Positions 16,239 to 24,137 of a stretch of 46,659 bases of DNA are shown piece by piece (within the stretch, counting starts at the first letter, position 1; each line of letters opens with the position of its first letter). Under the pieces are notes generated by a model. It searched no databases. It saw only the letters and a list, made by a program, of their open reading frames with translations, and was not told the origin of the DNA. This DNA comes from Dehalococcoidia bacterium. Lineage in GTDB: Bacteria; Chloroflexota; Dehalococcoidia; SHYB01. Both the position numbers and the translations under genes were made by a program. The stretch lies in the NCBI GenBank assembly GCA_034420775.1, contig DAOUKZ010000177.1, positions 1 through 46,659 of the forward strand, written 5' to 3'.

Positions 16239-17420
16239 ATGAGCCCGGTCCTCGACGGAATCCGCGTCCTCGACTTCTCGCGCTACATCGCCGCGCCGAC
16301 CGCCTGCGCCCTGCTTGCCGATGCCGGCGCCGAGGTGGTGCGTGTCGAGGCGCCGGGAGGCGAGGAGGACCGGCGGATTGGCGTCATGGGGCCGCAGGGA
16401 CAGCCGATGTGGTTTGCCTGCACCGGGCGGCACAAGCGGGGGATCACCCTCGACCTCCGCAACGAGGCGGCGCTGCCGCTGCTGCGCGATCTGGTCCGCC
16501 TGGCCGACGTCGTGGTGCACAACTACGCCCCCGGCTCGCCGCAGGCCGCGCTCCTTCACTACGACGCGCTCGCCAAGGCGAACCCGTCGATCATCGTCGC
16601 CGCCGTCTCGGCGTACGGGCAGACGGGGCCGTTCGCCGAGAAGACGGGTTTCGACGTGACCGTGCAGGCCACGGCAGGCATGATGGACCTGACGGGCCAA
16701 GCCGACGGTCCGCCGACGCGCTCCGGCGTCGCCATCGGGGACTTCCTGGCGGGCTACAACGGCGCGTTCGGCGTGATGCTGGCGTTGTGGGAGCGCAACG
16801 CGAGCGGCCTCGGCCAGATGGTCGACGTGGGGCTCTTCGACAGCACCGTGCTCCCGGTCGTGGCCCAGGCCATGGTCTCCGAGTTCCGCCACACCGGGCG
16901 CGCCCGGCGGCGCATCGGCAACGGGAGCTGGTACTCCTTCGCCGACAGCTTCGAGGCGCTCGACGGGACGGTGATGATCTGCCCCGCCATCGAGTCGCAG
17001 TGGCGGCGGCTGGCCCGCACCGTCGACCGCGCCGACCTACTCGACGACCCCCGCTACCGCGACAACCCCAGCCGCTTCGAGCACCGCGCCGAGCTCGGCG
17101 CCATCGTGCAGGCGTGGGTGGGCGAGCGCACCGTGGACGAGGTCGTGGCTGCCATGGACGGGGCCCGTGTCCCCTGCTCGCGTGTCCTCACCGTCCTCGA
17201 GATGGCCGAGCATCCCCAAGTCCACGCCCGCGAGATGCTGGTCGAGGTCGGCCGCGAGGGTGAAGACACGCTGACGGTGGCGGGGTTCCCCATCAAGCTC
17301 TCCCGCACACCGGCGACGGTCGAGGGCGCCCCGCCGCAGGTGGGGGAGCACAACGGCTGGGCGTACGGGGAGCTGCTTGGACGGGATGCGGCGGCGCTGG
17401 CGGAGGCGGGCTTGATTTAG
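16239..17420 (+). CDS. family III CoA-transferase (single domain)
   Basis: MSPVLDGIRVLDFSRYIAAPTACALLADAGAEVVRVEAPGGE, GQTGP, and the active-site stretch VAIGDFLAG are all present. ATG 16239 follows GAGGGAG; the track start is 16215. Confidence 0.9.
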   Translation: MSPVLDGIRVLDFSRYIAAPTACALLADAGAEVVRVEAPGGEEDRRIGVMGPQGQPMWFACTGRHKRGITLDLRNEAALPLLRDLVRLADVVVHNYAPGSPQAALLHYDALAKANPSIIVAAVSAYGQTGPFAEKTGFDVTVQATAGMMDLTGQADGPPTRSGVAIGDFLAGYNGAFGVMLALWERNASGLGQMVDVGLFDSTVLPVVAQAMVSEFRHTGRARRRIGNGSWYSFADSFEALDGTVMICPAIESQWRRLARTVDRADLLDDPRYRDNPSRFEHRAELGAIVQAWVGERTVDEVVAAMDGARVPCSRVLTVLEMAEHPQVHAREMLVEVGREGEDTLTVAGFPIKLSRTPATVEGAPPQVGEHNGWAYGELLGRDAAALAEAGLI

Positions 17421-17430
17421 GCGGGCAACC

Positions 17431-18603
17431 TCAAGCGATGGCCTCGTGCAGCTTTTCCCAGGGCACCAGGCGGCCGTTCGACCGCTTTTGAAGTTCGTCG
17501 CCGCCGTAGGCGACGACGACGTCACAGGTAAGGGGCGAATCGGCCAGGTGGCCCTCCACGCGCCGCGCACCGGCGAAGAGGCTCGACGACGGCGTCTGCG
17601 ATGATTTAGCTTCCACCAACGTAATCCGAGAGGGGTCCTCGATGACGAGATCGACCTCGGCGCCGTCCCGATTTCGATAGAAGAAGAGGCCCCTCGTTTC
17701 GCCGCGGTTGATGCGGTGCTTGGCGATTTCCGAGACGACCCAAGTCTCGAAAATGGCACCGCGAAGGGGATGCGTGCGCAACTGTTCAGGCGTGCGGATT
17801 CCGATGAGCCAGCAGGCGAGGCCGGTGTCGTAGAAGTGAAGCTTCGGCATCTTCACCAGGCGTTTGCCGAGATTGGCATGGAAAGGCGGAAGGCGAAAGA
17901 CGATGAAGGTGGCTTCCATTACGCCGAGCCATGCTCTCGCCGTCGGCTGCGAGATGCCGCAGTCGCTCGCCAATGCGGAGTAGTTGAGCAGCTGCGCGGT
18001 CCGCCCGGCGCACAATTCCACGAAACGCTGGAAGGTCGCGAGATCGCCGATGTTGCTGACGGCCCGCACGTCCCGTTCGACGTAGGTGGCGACATACGAA
18101 CGGAGCCACTCCGAAGGGTCGAGGGTCTGGTCGAAAATCCGAGGATAGCCGCCGGCCAGCAGCGCCTCTTCCAGTGTCCCTGGATGCCGATCGAACTGCA
18201 CAACCTCGGTTCGAGTCAGGGGCAGGAGGTGATGCACCGCGGTCCGCCCCGCGAGAGACTGACTCACCGACTCGGCAAGGGTCAGGTTCTGTGAGCCCGT
18301 CAGGACCCACCGGCCCGGCCGCGGGTCTGCGTCGATGATCCCCTGCAGGTAGGAGGGGATCTCGGGGACCCGCTGCACCTCGTCGATAATGGCGCCTTCA
18401 GCGTGCTGGGCCAAGAAGGCGCGGGGGTCCTCCGTCGCAAAGGCCCGAACGTCCGGATCCTCCAGACTCACATAGCCGTGCTGGGGAAAGACGGCCTTGG
18501 ACAGGGTCGTCTTGCCGCTCTGACGCGGCCCCGTAAGGGTTATGGAGGGCGACTTCCGGGCCGCCTCCAGCAATTTTGGCGCAAGGTCTCGCTGGACTGG
18601 CAT
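17431..18603 (-). CDS. AAA ATPase with DUF4143-type C-terminal domain
   Basis: Walker A is TGPRQSGKTTL. The length (390 aa) and layout are typical of AAA_14 + DUF4143 ATP-binding proteins. Confidence 0.8.
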   Translation of the reverse strand: MPVQRDLAPKLLEAARKSPSITLTGPRQSGKTTLSKAVFPQHGYVSLEDPDVRAFATEDPRAFLAQHAEGAIIDEVQRVPEIPSYLQGIIDADPRPGRWVLTGSQNLTLAESVSQSLAGRTAVHHLLPLTRTEVVQFDRHPGTLEEALLAGGYPRIFDQTLDPSEWLRSYVATYVERDVRAVSNIGDLATFQRFVELCAGRTAQLLNYSALASDCGISQPTARAWLGVMEATFIVFRLPPFHANLGKRLVKMPKLHFYDTGLACWLIGIRTPEQLRTHPLRGAIFETWVVSEIAKHRINRGETRGLFFYRNRDGAEVDLVIEDPSRITLVEAKSSQTPSSSLFAGARRVEGHLADSPLTCDVVVAYGGDELQKRSNGRLVPWEKLHEAIA

Positions 18604-18663
18604 AGGTCGACTCTATCATGAGGTGTCGGCTAATTCAAAGTTGAACTTTTGATTAGCCGACAC
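18604..18663 (-). promoter_or_regulatory. candidate leaderless promoter plus 41-bp palindrome for the ATPase gene
   Basis: The minus strand reads TTGAAT (18638..18633), a 17-nt spacer, TGaTAGAGT (18618..18610), 6 nt, then ATG (18603). The palindrome GTGTCGGCTAAT...ATTAGCCGACAC (18623..18663, 12-bp perfect arms) overlaps the -35 and spacer. Confidence 0.5.
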
Positions 18664-18704
18664 TTGCGGAGGTATCAACCTCTCTGCGCCCCGCCAGGCG
18701 ACCG

Positions 18705-18900
18705 GGGGACGGGCGACCACAAGAGTCGCCCCTACGGAGATTTGCGCATTCAGGGCTTCCGGCTCCCTGGACGCCGGCCGCACCCCGCTCCAACCCCCGC
18801 CCTCACCCCTGCCTCTCCCAGCGCGGGAGAGGGGAACTGCCCCGCTCCACCCGTGATCCAACCCACCGGCGGGCACCCACAAGAGGTGCCCCTACGGGAA
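18705..18900. repeat. G/C-rich composite hairpin repeats (family copy 3)
   Basis: Hairpins present: GGGCGAC-CACAAGA-GTCGCCC + CTACGG (18711..18737); CCTCTCCC-AGCGC-GGGAGAGG (about 18812..18832); GGGCACC-CACAAGA-GGTGCCC + CTACGGG (18871..18897). Confidence 0.8.
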
Positions 18901-18920
18901 GGGGCTAGGCTGGCCGGTGC

Positions 18921-19820
18921 CTACGCCAGGCCGAGGCGCTTGGCGTGTTCGAGGCGTTCTTGGGCGACGCGGACCATGGCGGTGTCGATGAGGAAGCCGT
19001 CGCGTTGGATGGCGGTGGTGCCGGCGGCTTCGGCCTCGGCGAGGGCTTCGATGACGCCCTTCCACTCCTCGATCTCTTCCGGTGTGGGGGAGAAGACCTC
19101 GTTGATGATGGGCACGTGGCTGGGGTGGATGCACATCATGCCGTCGTAGCCCAGCTGCTTCGACTCGACCGCCATCGCGCGCAGGCCGTCGTGCTCGCCA
19201 ACGTGCGGCCAGAGGCCGGTGATGGGGTAGGGGACGTCGGCGGCGCGGGCGTCGACCAGCACCGAGCCGCGGATGTGCAGCGACTCGGCGCCCTCGGGCG
19301 TCCAGGTGTAGCCGATGGCGCGGGCGCCGTCGCCGTCCTTGGCCGAGCCGTAGCCCATGTAGGCGAGGCGCGGGGACGCCGTGCCGATCTCATAAGCGAG
19401 GCGGATCGACTGGGCCGTCTCCAGGAGGGGGTTGATCAGTACGCGGCCGATGGGGAGCCCGGCGCGGTGCTCGAAGTGGTCGAGCAGGGTCGCGGCGGCA
19501 ATGATGTCCTCGGGGCCACGCGTCTTGGGCAGGAAGATACCGTGCAGCCCGGCGCAGACTACGGCTTCGAGGTCGTCGCCCGCCTCGTAGGTGTCGATGC
19601 CGTTGACGCGGACGAAGATGGTGTAGCCCTGCGCGGCGAGCTCCTCGGTGACCCGCCGCACCATCTCGCGGGCCTGGGGACGGTGCGCTTCGGGCACGGC
19701 GTCCTCGAGGTCGAAGACCAACGCGTCGGCGCCGTACTTCACCGCCTTGCGCATCCAGTCCTCTTTGTTGCCGGGCACAAAGAGGATCGTGCGCAGCGGA
19801 CGTGGCTCGTTGGCTTCCAT
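18921..19820 (-). CDS. HpcH/HpaI aldolase / citrate-lyase beta (CitE-like) acyl-CoA lyase
   Basis: LRTILFVPGNKEDWMRKAVKYGADALVFDLEDAV is the CitE family N-terminal signature. The product is 299 aa. The gene lies 10 nt downstream of the fused CoA-transferase gene on the same strand. Confidence 0.85.
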   Translation of the reverse strand: MEANEPRPLRTILFVPGNKEDWMRKAVKYGADALVFDLEDAVPEAHRPQAREMVRRVTEELAAQGYTIFVRVNGIDTYEAGDDLEAVVCAGLHGIFLPKTRGPEDIIAAATLLDHFEHRAGLPIGRVLINPLLETAQSIRLAYEIGTASPRLAYMGYGSAKDGDGARAIGYTWTPEGAESLHIRGSVLVDARAADVPYPITGLWPHVGEHDGLRAMAVESKQLGYDGMMCIHPSHVPIINEVFSPTPEEIEEWKGVIEALAEAEAAGTTAIQRDGFLIDTAMVRVAQERLEHAKRLGLA

Positions 19821-19830
19821 GGGTGGTTCC

Positions 19831-22173
19831 TTAGGCGGGGAGGCCGTGGCCGACCGCCGTCGTCACGCCCTTCTCGTTGAGCTCGTCGATCTGGCGGTCG
19901 GAGTAGCCGAACTCGCGGAGGACGGACTCGGTGGCGAACCCCAGCGGCCTTGGCGTCTCGAAGCGGGTCTCGTACTCCGAGAAGTGGTAGACCGGCGCGC
20001 TGCGCCAGAACTTGCCGTGCTCGGGCAGCTCGTCCTCGCGGGCGAGGTCGTTGAGCCGCACCTGAGGGTCGTTGAGCATGAACTCGTGGTGTTCCGTCCC
20101 GTCGGCGCGCACGGCGGGGACGCCCGCTTGGAGCAGGATGTCCTCCCACTGCGCGGCGGGACGGCGGGCGAAGGCCGCGGTCAGGGCGGCGCGCAGCGCC
20201 TCGTCGTTCGCCATGCGCGACTCCGCCGTGGCGAAGCGGGCGTCGGCGGCGAGCCCGGCAGCCTCGGCGAGCGCCGTCCAGTGCTCCTCCTTGGGGCACA
20301 TCAGGAAGAGCCAGCCGTCGCCGCACTCGTAGAGCCAGTGCAGGGCGTTGTAGCCGCGCTGGCCCTGGTCGGGGATCGGGTCGGCGGGCTTGCCGTCGTA
20401 CTGCAAGCTCCATGAGGAGACGGCGTAGGCCAGCGAGCTCAGCATCGTCGTCTCGATGTACTGTCCCTTGCCGGTGCGCTCCCGGGCCTGCAGCCCGATC
20501 ATCGCCGCGGTGGCGACGCCCAAGGCGCCGGCGGGGTCGGGGAAGACGCGGTCCTTGGGCGGGTTGCCCACCCCCGACTCGATGATACCGGACCCGGCGA
20601 TCGCATTCGGCGAGGAGTGGAAGCCGGGCCGGTGCTTCCAGGGCCCGTAGGTCCCGTAGCACGAGCCGTAGACGTAGACGAGCCGCGGGTTGATCGCGCT
20701 CAGCGTCTTGTAGTCGATCTGGAGTTTCTCGACGACGCCGGTGGGACGGAAGTTGTGCAGGAAGAGGTCGGCCTTGGCGGCGATCTTGTGGACGATCTCG
20801 CGGCCCTCCTCCGTCTTGAGGTTGAGGATCACGCTCTCTTTGCCCGCCGCCGACTTGCTGTACGTCGACGACCAGTTGCGGCGCATCGGGTCGCCGGTGT
20901 TGGGCTCGACCTTGATGATGCGGGCGCCGAGCTCGGCGAGCAGGGTCATGGAGAAGGGAGCGGCGTAGAAGTAGGCGCATTCGAGGACGGTCACGCCGTC
21001 GAGGGGCCGTCGCACCGACTTGCCGGTGGGCTCGGTGATCCGCCGCGGGGCCGTGGTCAGCGCTGACACGACCTCGCCGGTGTGCTGCCCAAGCGTCGGC
21101 GCGGGCGTGCCGAAGACCGACGGTGTGTCCGACATAACGGCGAGCGGGCCGATCTGCACCGTCTCGCCGAGGCCGGGCTCGACGACGGTCTGACGGCGGC
21201 CGTTGGCGATGGTCTGCTCGTGGTCGAGGTATTCCTGCGCGCCGAGGAAGGGGTCGCCGCCGACGTCGTCGTTGGTGAAGATCTCCATCCACTCGTCGAA
21301 GGTCTTCTCCTTCATGCGGATCTCGACCATTTCGAGGATGGCTTCGAGGTCGCGGCGGGAGGGGAACTGGTCGGGCATGTGGTGGAAGGCGGGGTCGTCA
21401 TAGAGATGTTCGAGTCCCAGCACGCGCATCCAGTTGCGGAAGAGGTGGGGCTGGCGGCTGCACATCTGGATGTAACGGCCGTCGCTGCATTCGGCGGTCA
21501 TGAAGGCGAGGGGCATGACGCCGAAGGCGGGGCCGTCGTCGTCGGCGTTGGAGTGCATCCGGTGGAGGAAGCCGCCCATGTCGTAGGCGGTGAGGGCGGC
21601 GAGGTGGCTCACGTCGACGCGCTGCCCCACGCCGGTCGTCTTGCGCGCGTAGAGCGCGGCGAGCAGTCCGTGCACCGCGATGGCGGCCGAGCCGTAGGAG
21701 GAGATCGGGGTCGGCGTGTAGATCGGCCCCTCGCGGAAGCCCTCCTGTGAGATCATGCGGCCCGTCTTCGCCGCGATGATCGGCTCGTAGCCCGGCAGGT
21801 CGCGGTAGGGGCCCTGCTCGCCGAACGCCGTGATCGAGGCGTAGACGAGGCTGGGGTTGACCTCGCGCAGCGCGTCGTAGCCGACGCCCAACCGGTCGGC
21901 GACGCCCGGGGCGAAGTCTTCGATCACGCCGTCGGCGGTGGCGGCGAGCTGCTTGAACGTCGCCAGGCCCTCCGCCTTCTTCAGATCGACGACCGCGCTC
22001 TTCTTGCCGCGGTTGCGCACGAGGAACCCCGCGCTTCCCCGCGTCGGGTCTCCGCCGGGCGGCTCGACCTTGACGACCTCCGCACCGTTCTCCGCCAGGA
22101 ACATGCCGGCCATCGAGCCGGACATGCTCACGCTGAGCTCCAACACCCGCATGCCTTCAAGCGCCGTCGTCAT
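19831..22173 (-). CDS. tandem-fused family III CoA-transferase (780 aa)
   Basis: The N-terminal half begins LEGMRVLELSVSMSGSMAGMFLAENGAEVVKVEPPGG. The second half begins LDGVTVLECAYFYAAPFSMTLLAELGARIIKVEPNTG. The C-terminal half has FPDPAGA (Asp present); the N-terminal half has PISSYGSA at the equivalent place. Confidence 0.9.
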   Translation of the reverse strand: MTTALEGMRVLELSVSMSGSMAGMFLAENGAEVVKVEPPGGDPTRGSAGFLVRNRGKKSAVVDLKKAEGLATFKQLAATADGVIEDFAPGVADRLGVGYDALREVNPSLVYASITAFGEQGPYRDLPGYEPIIAAKTGRMISQEGFREGPIYTPTPISSYGSAAIAVHGLLAALYARKTTGVGQRVDVSHLAALTAYDMGGFLHRMHSNADDDGPAFGVMPLAFMTAECSDGRYIQMCSRQPHLFRNWMRVLGLEHLYDDPAFHHMPDQFPSRRDLEAILEMVEIRMKEKTFDEWMEIFTNDDVGGDPFLGAQEYLDHEQTIANGRRQTVVEPGLGETVQIGPLAVMSDTPSVFGTPAPTLGQHTGEVVSALTTAPRRITEPTGKSVRRPLDGVTVLECAYFYAAPFSMTLLAELGARIIKVEPNTGDPMRRNWSSTYSKSAAGKESVILNLKTEEGREIVHKIAAKADLFLHNFRPTGVVEKLQIDYKTLSAINPRLVYVYGSCYGTYGPWKHRPGFHSSPNAIAGSGIIESGVGNPPKDRVFPDPAGALGVATAAMIGLQARERTGKGQYIETTMLSSLAYAVSSWSLQYDGKPADPIPDQGQRGYNALHWLYECGDGWLFLMCPKEEHWTALAEAAGLAADARFATAESRMANDEALRAALTAAFARRPAAQWEDILLQAGVPAVRADGTEHHEFMLNDPQVRLNDLAREDELPEHGKFWRSAPVYHFSEYETRFETPRPLGFATESVLREFGYSDRQIDELNEKGVTTAVGHGLPA

Positions 22174-22305
22174 GGGTCAACCTCCGCGGGAGTTCCCGCC
22201 GACCGCATTGTAGTGGATACGCCGCCGCGGGCAATCCGCCCCCTACGCAAATCCCGCCGATGCGAGTAGGGTTGGAGCCACCGCGTGCGACCGAAGGAGG
22301 CTCCC

Positions 22306-23205
22306 ATGGCCATCGACCCGAAACCGATCCGCAGCCTGCTCTTCGTTCCCGGGAACCGCGAGGACTGGATGCGCGACGCCCCGAAGTACGGCTCCGACGG
22401 GCTGATCTTCGACATGGAGGGCGCCCTGCCGCCCGACCAGATCGCCGAGGGCCGCGAGATCATCCGCCGCGTGCTCGATGAGACCGGCGGGGCCGGCCCG
22501 CAACGGATCGTGCGCGTGTCGGGCGCGGCCTCCGAGAAGAACCGCGCCGACCTCGAGGCCATCGTCTGCGCCGGCCTTGACGGAGTGATGGTCCCCCAGA
22601 CGCGCGGTCCCGACGACATTGCGGCCATCGACGCCGCCCTTACCGAGCTCGAACGCGAGCGGGGGCTGCCCGAGGGCGGCATCGTCATCACGCCGCTGCT
22701 GGAGTCGGCCGGGGCCATCCGCCAGTCCTACGAGATCGCCACGGTTTCGCCGCGCATCGCGTACATGGGGTCGGGCGTCTCGCGCCGGGGCGACATCGTC
22801 CGCTCCATCGGCTACCGCTGGACGGAGCAGGGCCTCGAGTCGCTCTACTTCCGTTCCAAGGTGCTACTCGACGTCCGCGCCGCCGGCGTTCCCTACCCCA
22901 TGAGCGGCCAGTGGAGCCAGATCGGGAACCTCGAAGGTCTGCGCGCCTTCGCCAACCAGACCCGCGACCTTGGCTACGTCGGCATGAGCTGCATCCACCC
23001 CACCCACGTCCCGGTCATCAACGAGGTCTTCACGCCCACCCAGGAAGAGATCGAGAGCTGGCGCAAGACGCTCGAGACGATGGAGGCGGCTTGGGCCGAG
23101 GGGCGCGGCGCCGTCCGCTTCGAGGACGGCATGGTTGACGAGGCCCACATCCACACCGCACGCCAAGGCCTCGACTTCGCCCGCAAACTCGGCGTCATCG
23201 ACTAG
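22306..23205 (+). CDS. HpcH/HpaI aldolase / CitE-like acyl-CoA lyase (paralog)
   Basis: MAIDPKPIRSLLFVPGNREDWMRDAPKYGSDGLIFDMEGAL, with clear paralogy to 18921..19820 along the whole length. ATG 22306 follows GAAGGAGG; the track start is 22285. Confidence 0.85.
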   Translation: MAIDPKPIRSLLFVPGNREDWMRDAPKYGSDGLIFDMEGALPPDQIAEGREIIRRVLDETGGAGPQRIVRVSGAASEKNRADLEAIVCAGLDGVMVPQTRGPDDIAAIDAALTELERERGLPEGGIVITPLLESAGAIRQSYEIATVSPRIAYMGSGVSRRGDIVRSIGYRWTEQGLESLYFRSKVLLDVRAAGVPYPMSGQWSQIGNLEGLRAFANQTRDLGYVGMSCIHPTHVPVINEVFTPTQEEIESWRKTLETMEAAWAEGRGAVRFEDGMVDEAHIHTARQGLDFARKLGVID

Positions 23206-23267
23206 CCGCCACCGCACAACTCGCCCGCTGGCTCCGCCGGCGGTTGCGCCACGGCCACCCTTGGTTG

Positions 23268-23305
23268 GGCCGCTCGCTCGGGCGCGCTCCGAGCGAGACG
23301 GCCCG
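23268..23305 (+). terminator. strong hairpin downstream of the CitE-like gene (possible terminator, no U-tract)
   Basis: GGGCCG-CTCGCTCGG-GCGCGCT-CCGAGCGAG-a-CGGCCC forms a roughly 15-bp stem with one bulge. It lies about 60 nt after the stop at 23205. Confidence 0.4.
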
Positions 23306-23512
23306 GGAGCCGATCCGCGGTTCTTCCAACCAGGCCCCTCACTGTTAGAGGCAGTGTCTCTACCCCCTCTAAGGGCAGGCTAGCGGCCGATGGGGCCGCC
23401 ATCAGGGCTCGGTCGAAAGAACATCCGTTCGCTATGGTTAGATTAGCAGCGCGGGCGGGAGGCTGTCAAAGGGGGCGTGTCACAGGCGGTTGGCGCAGAG
23501 GTGGCGAGGGGC

Positions 23513-24115
23513 TGCCCTCCCTCAGTCCCTCCCGTAACGGGAGGGAGGTTTAAGTTGCTTTCCCTTGGAGAGCTTTGCAAAATGCGGGGCGCGGGCTACG
23601 TTGAGGTTGGCGCACCCCCTCCCCGCGCCCCGCCCTCACCCCAACCCTCTCCCAGCGGGAGAGGGGGAAGACCGCCCCCCGGCCCTCTCTCAGTCTCCCC
23701 CACAAGGGGGGAGAGGTTTAAGGTGCTCCCCCTGCGGGGGAGGTTTACGGTGATACCCCGCCCCGGAGAAGAGGGGGAACGGGCGATTCGTGAATCGCCC
23801 CTACGGGAGCAGGCGTGGCGGGCGGGCTCTGTTGACGTTGGCGCGCCCCTCCCTGCGCCCCGCCCTCACCCCAACCCTCTCCCAGCGGGAGAGGGGGCAA
23901 GACCGCCCGCCGGCCCTCTCAGTCTCCCCCACAAGGGGGGAGAGGTTTAAGGTGCTCCCCCTGCGGGGGAGGTTTACGGTGATACCCCGCCCCGGAGAAG
24001 AGGGGGAACGGGCGAGTCGCGACTCGCACCTACCGGAGTGGGCGACCACAAGAGTCGCCCCTACCGGAATGATCCCCTGCAGGCGTCGCGGGTTACGCAA
24101 AGGGTTCCTTTGGGG
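23513..24115. repeat. largest cluster of the composite hairpin repeat family, containing a 231-bp tandem duplication
   Basis: Unit 23591..23821 is repeated almost identically at 23822..about 24045. Each unit contains CCCTCTCCC-AGC-GGGAGAGGG, TCTCCCCC-ACAA-GGGGGAGA + GGTTTAAGGTGC, CTCCCCC-TGC-GGGGGAG and GGTTTACGGTGATACCCCGCCCCGGAGAAGAGGGGGAACGGGCG. TCCCTCCC-GTAAC-GGGAGGGA + GGTTTAAG lies at 23527..23554. GGGCGAC-CACAAGA-GTCGCCC + CTACCGG lies at 24040..24066. Confidence 0.9.
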
Positions 24116-24137
24116 GTGGGCTCCCGCAAGGGTGCTC

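Noticed and set aside
23513-24115. Possible CRISPR array
   Set aside because: The repeats are heterogeneous hairpin modules without constant-length unique spacers. The only regular periodicity is a single 231-bp duplication. No cas genes are present in the window.
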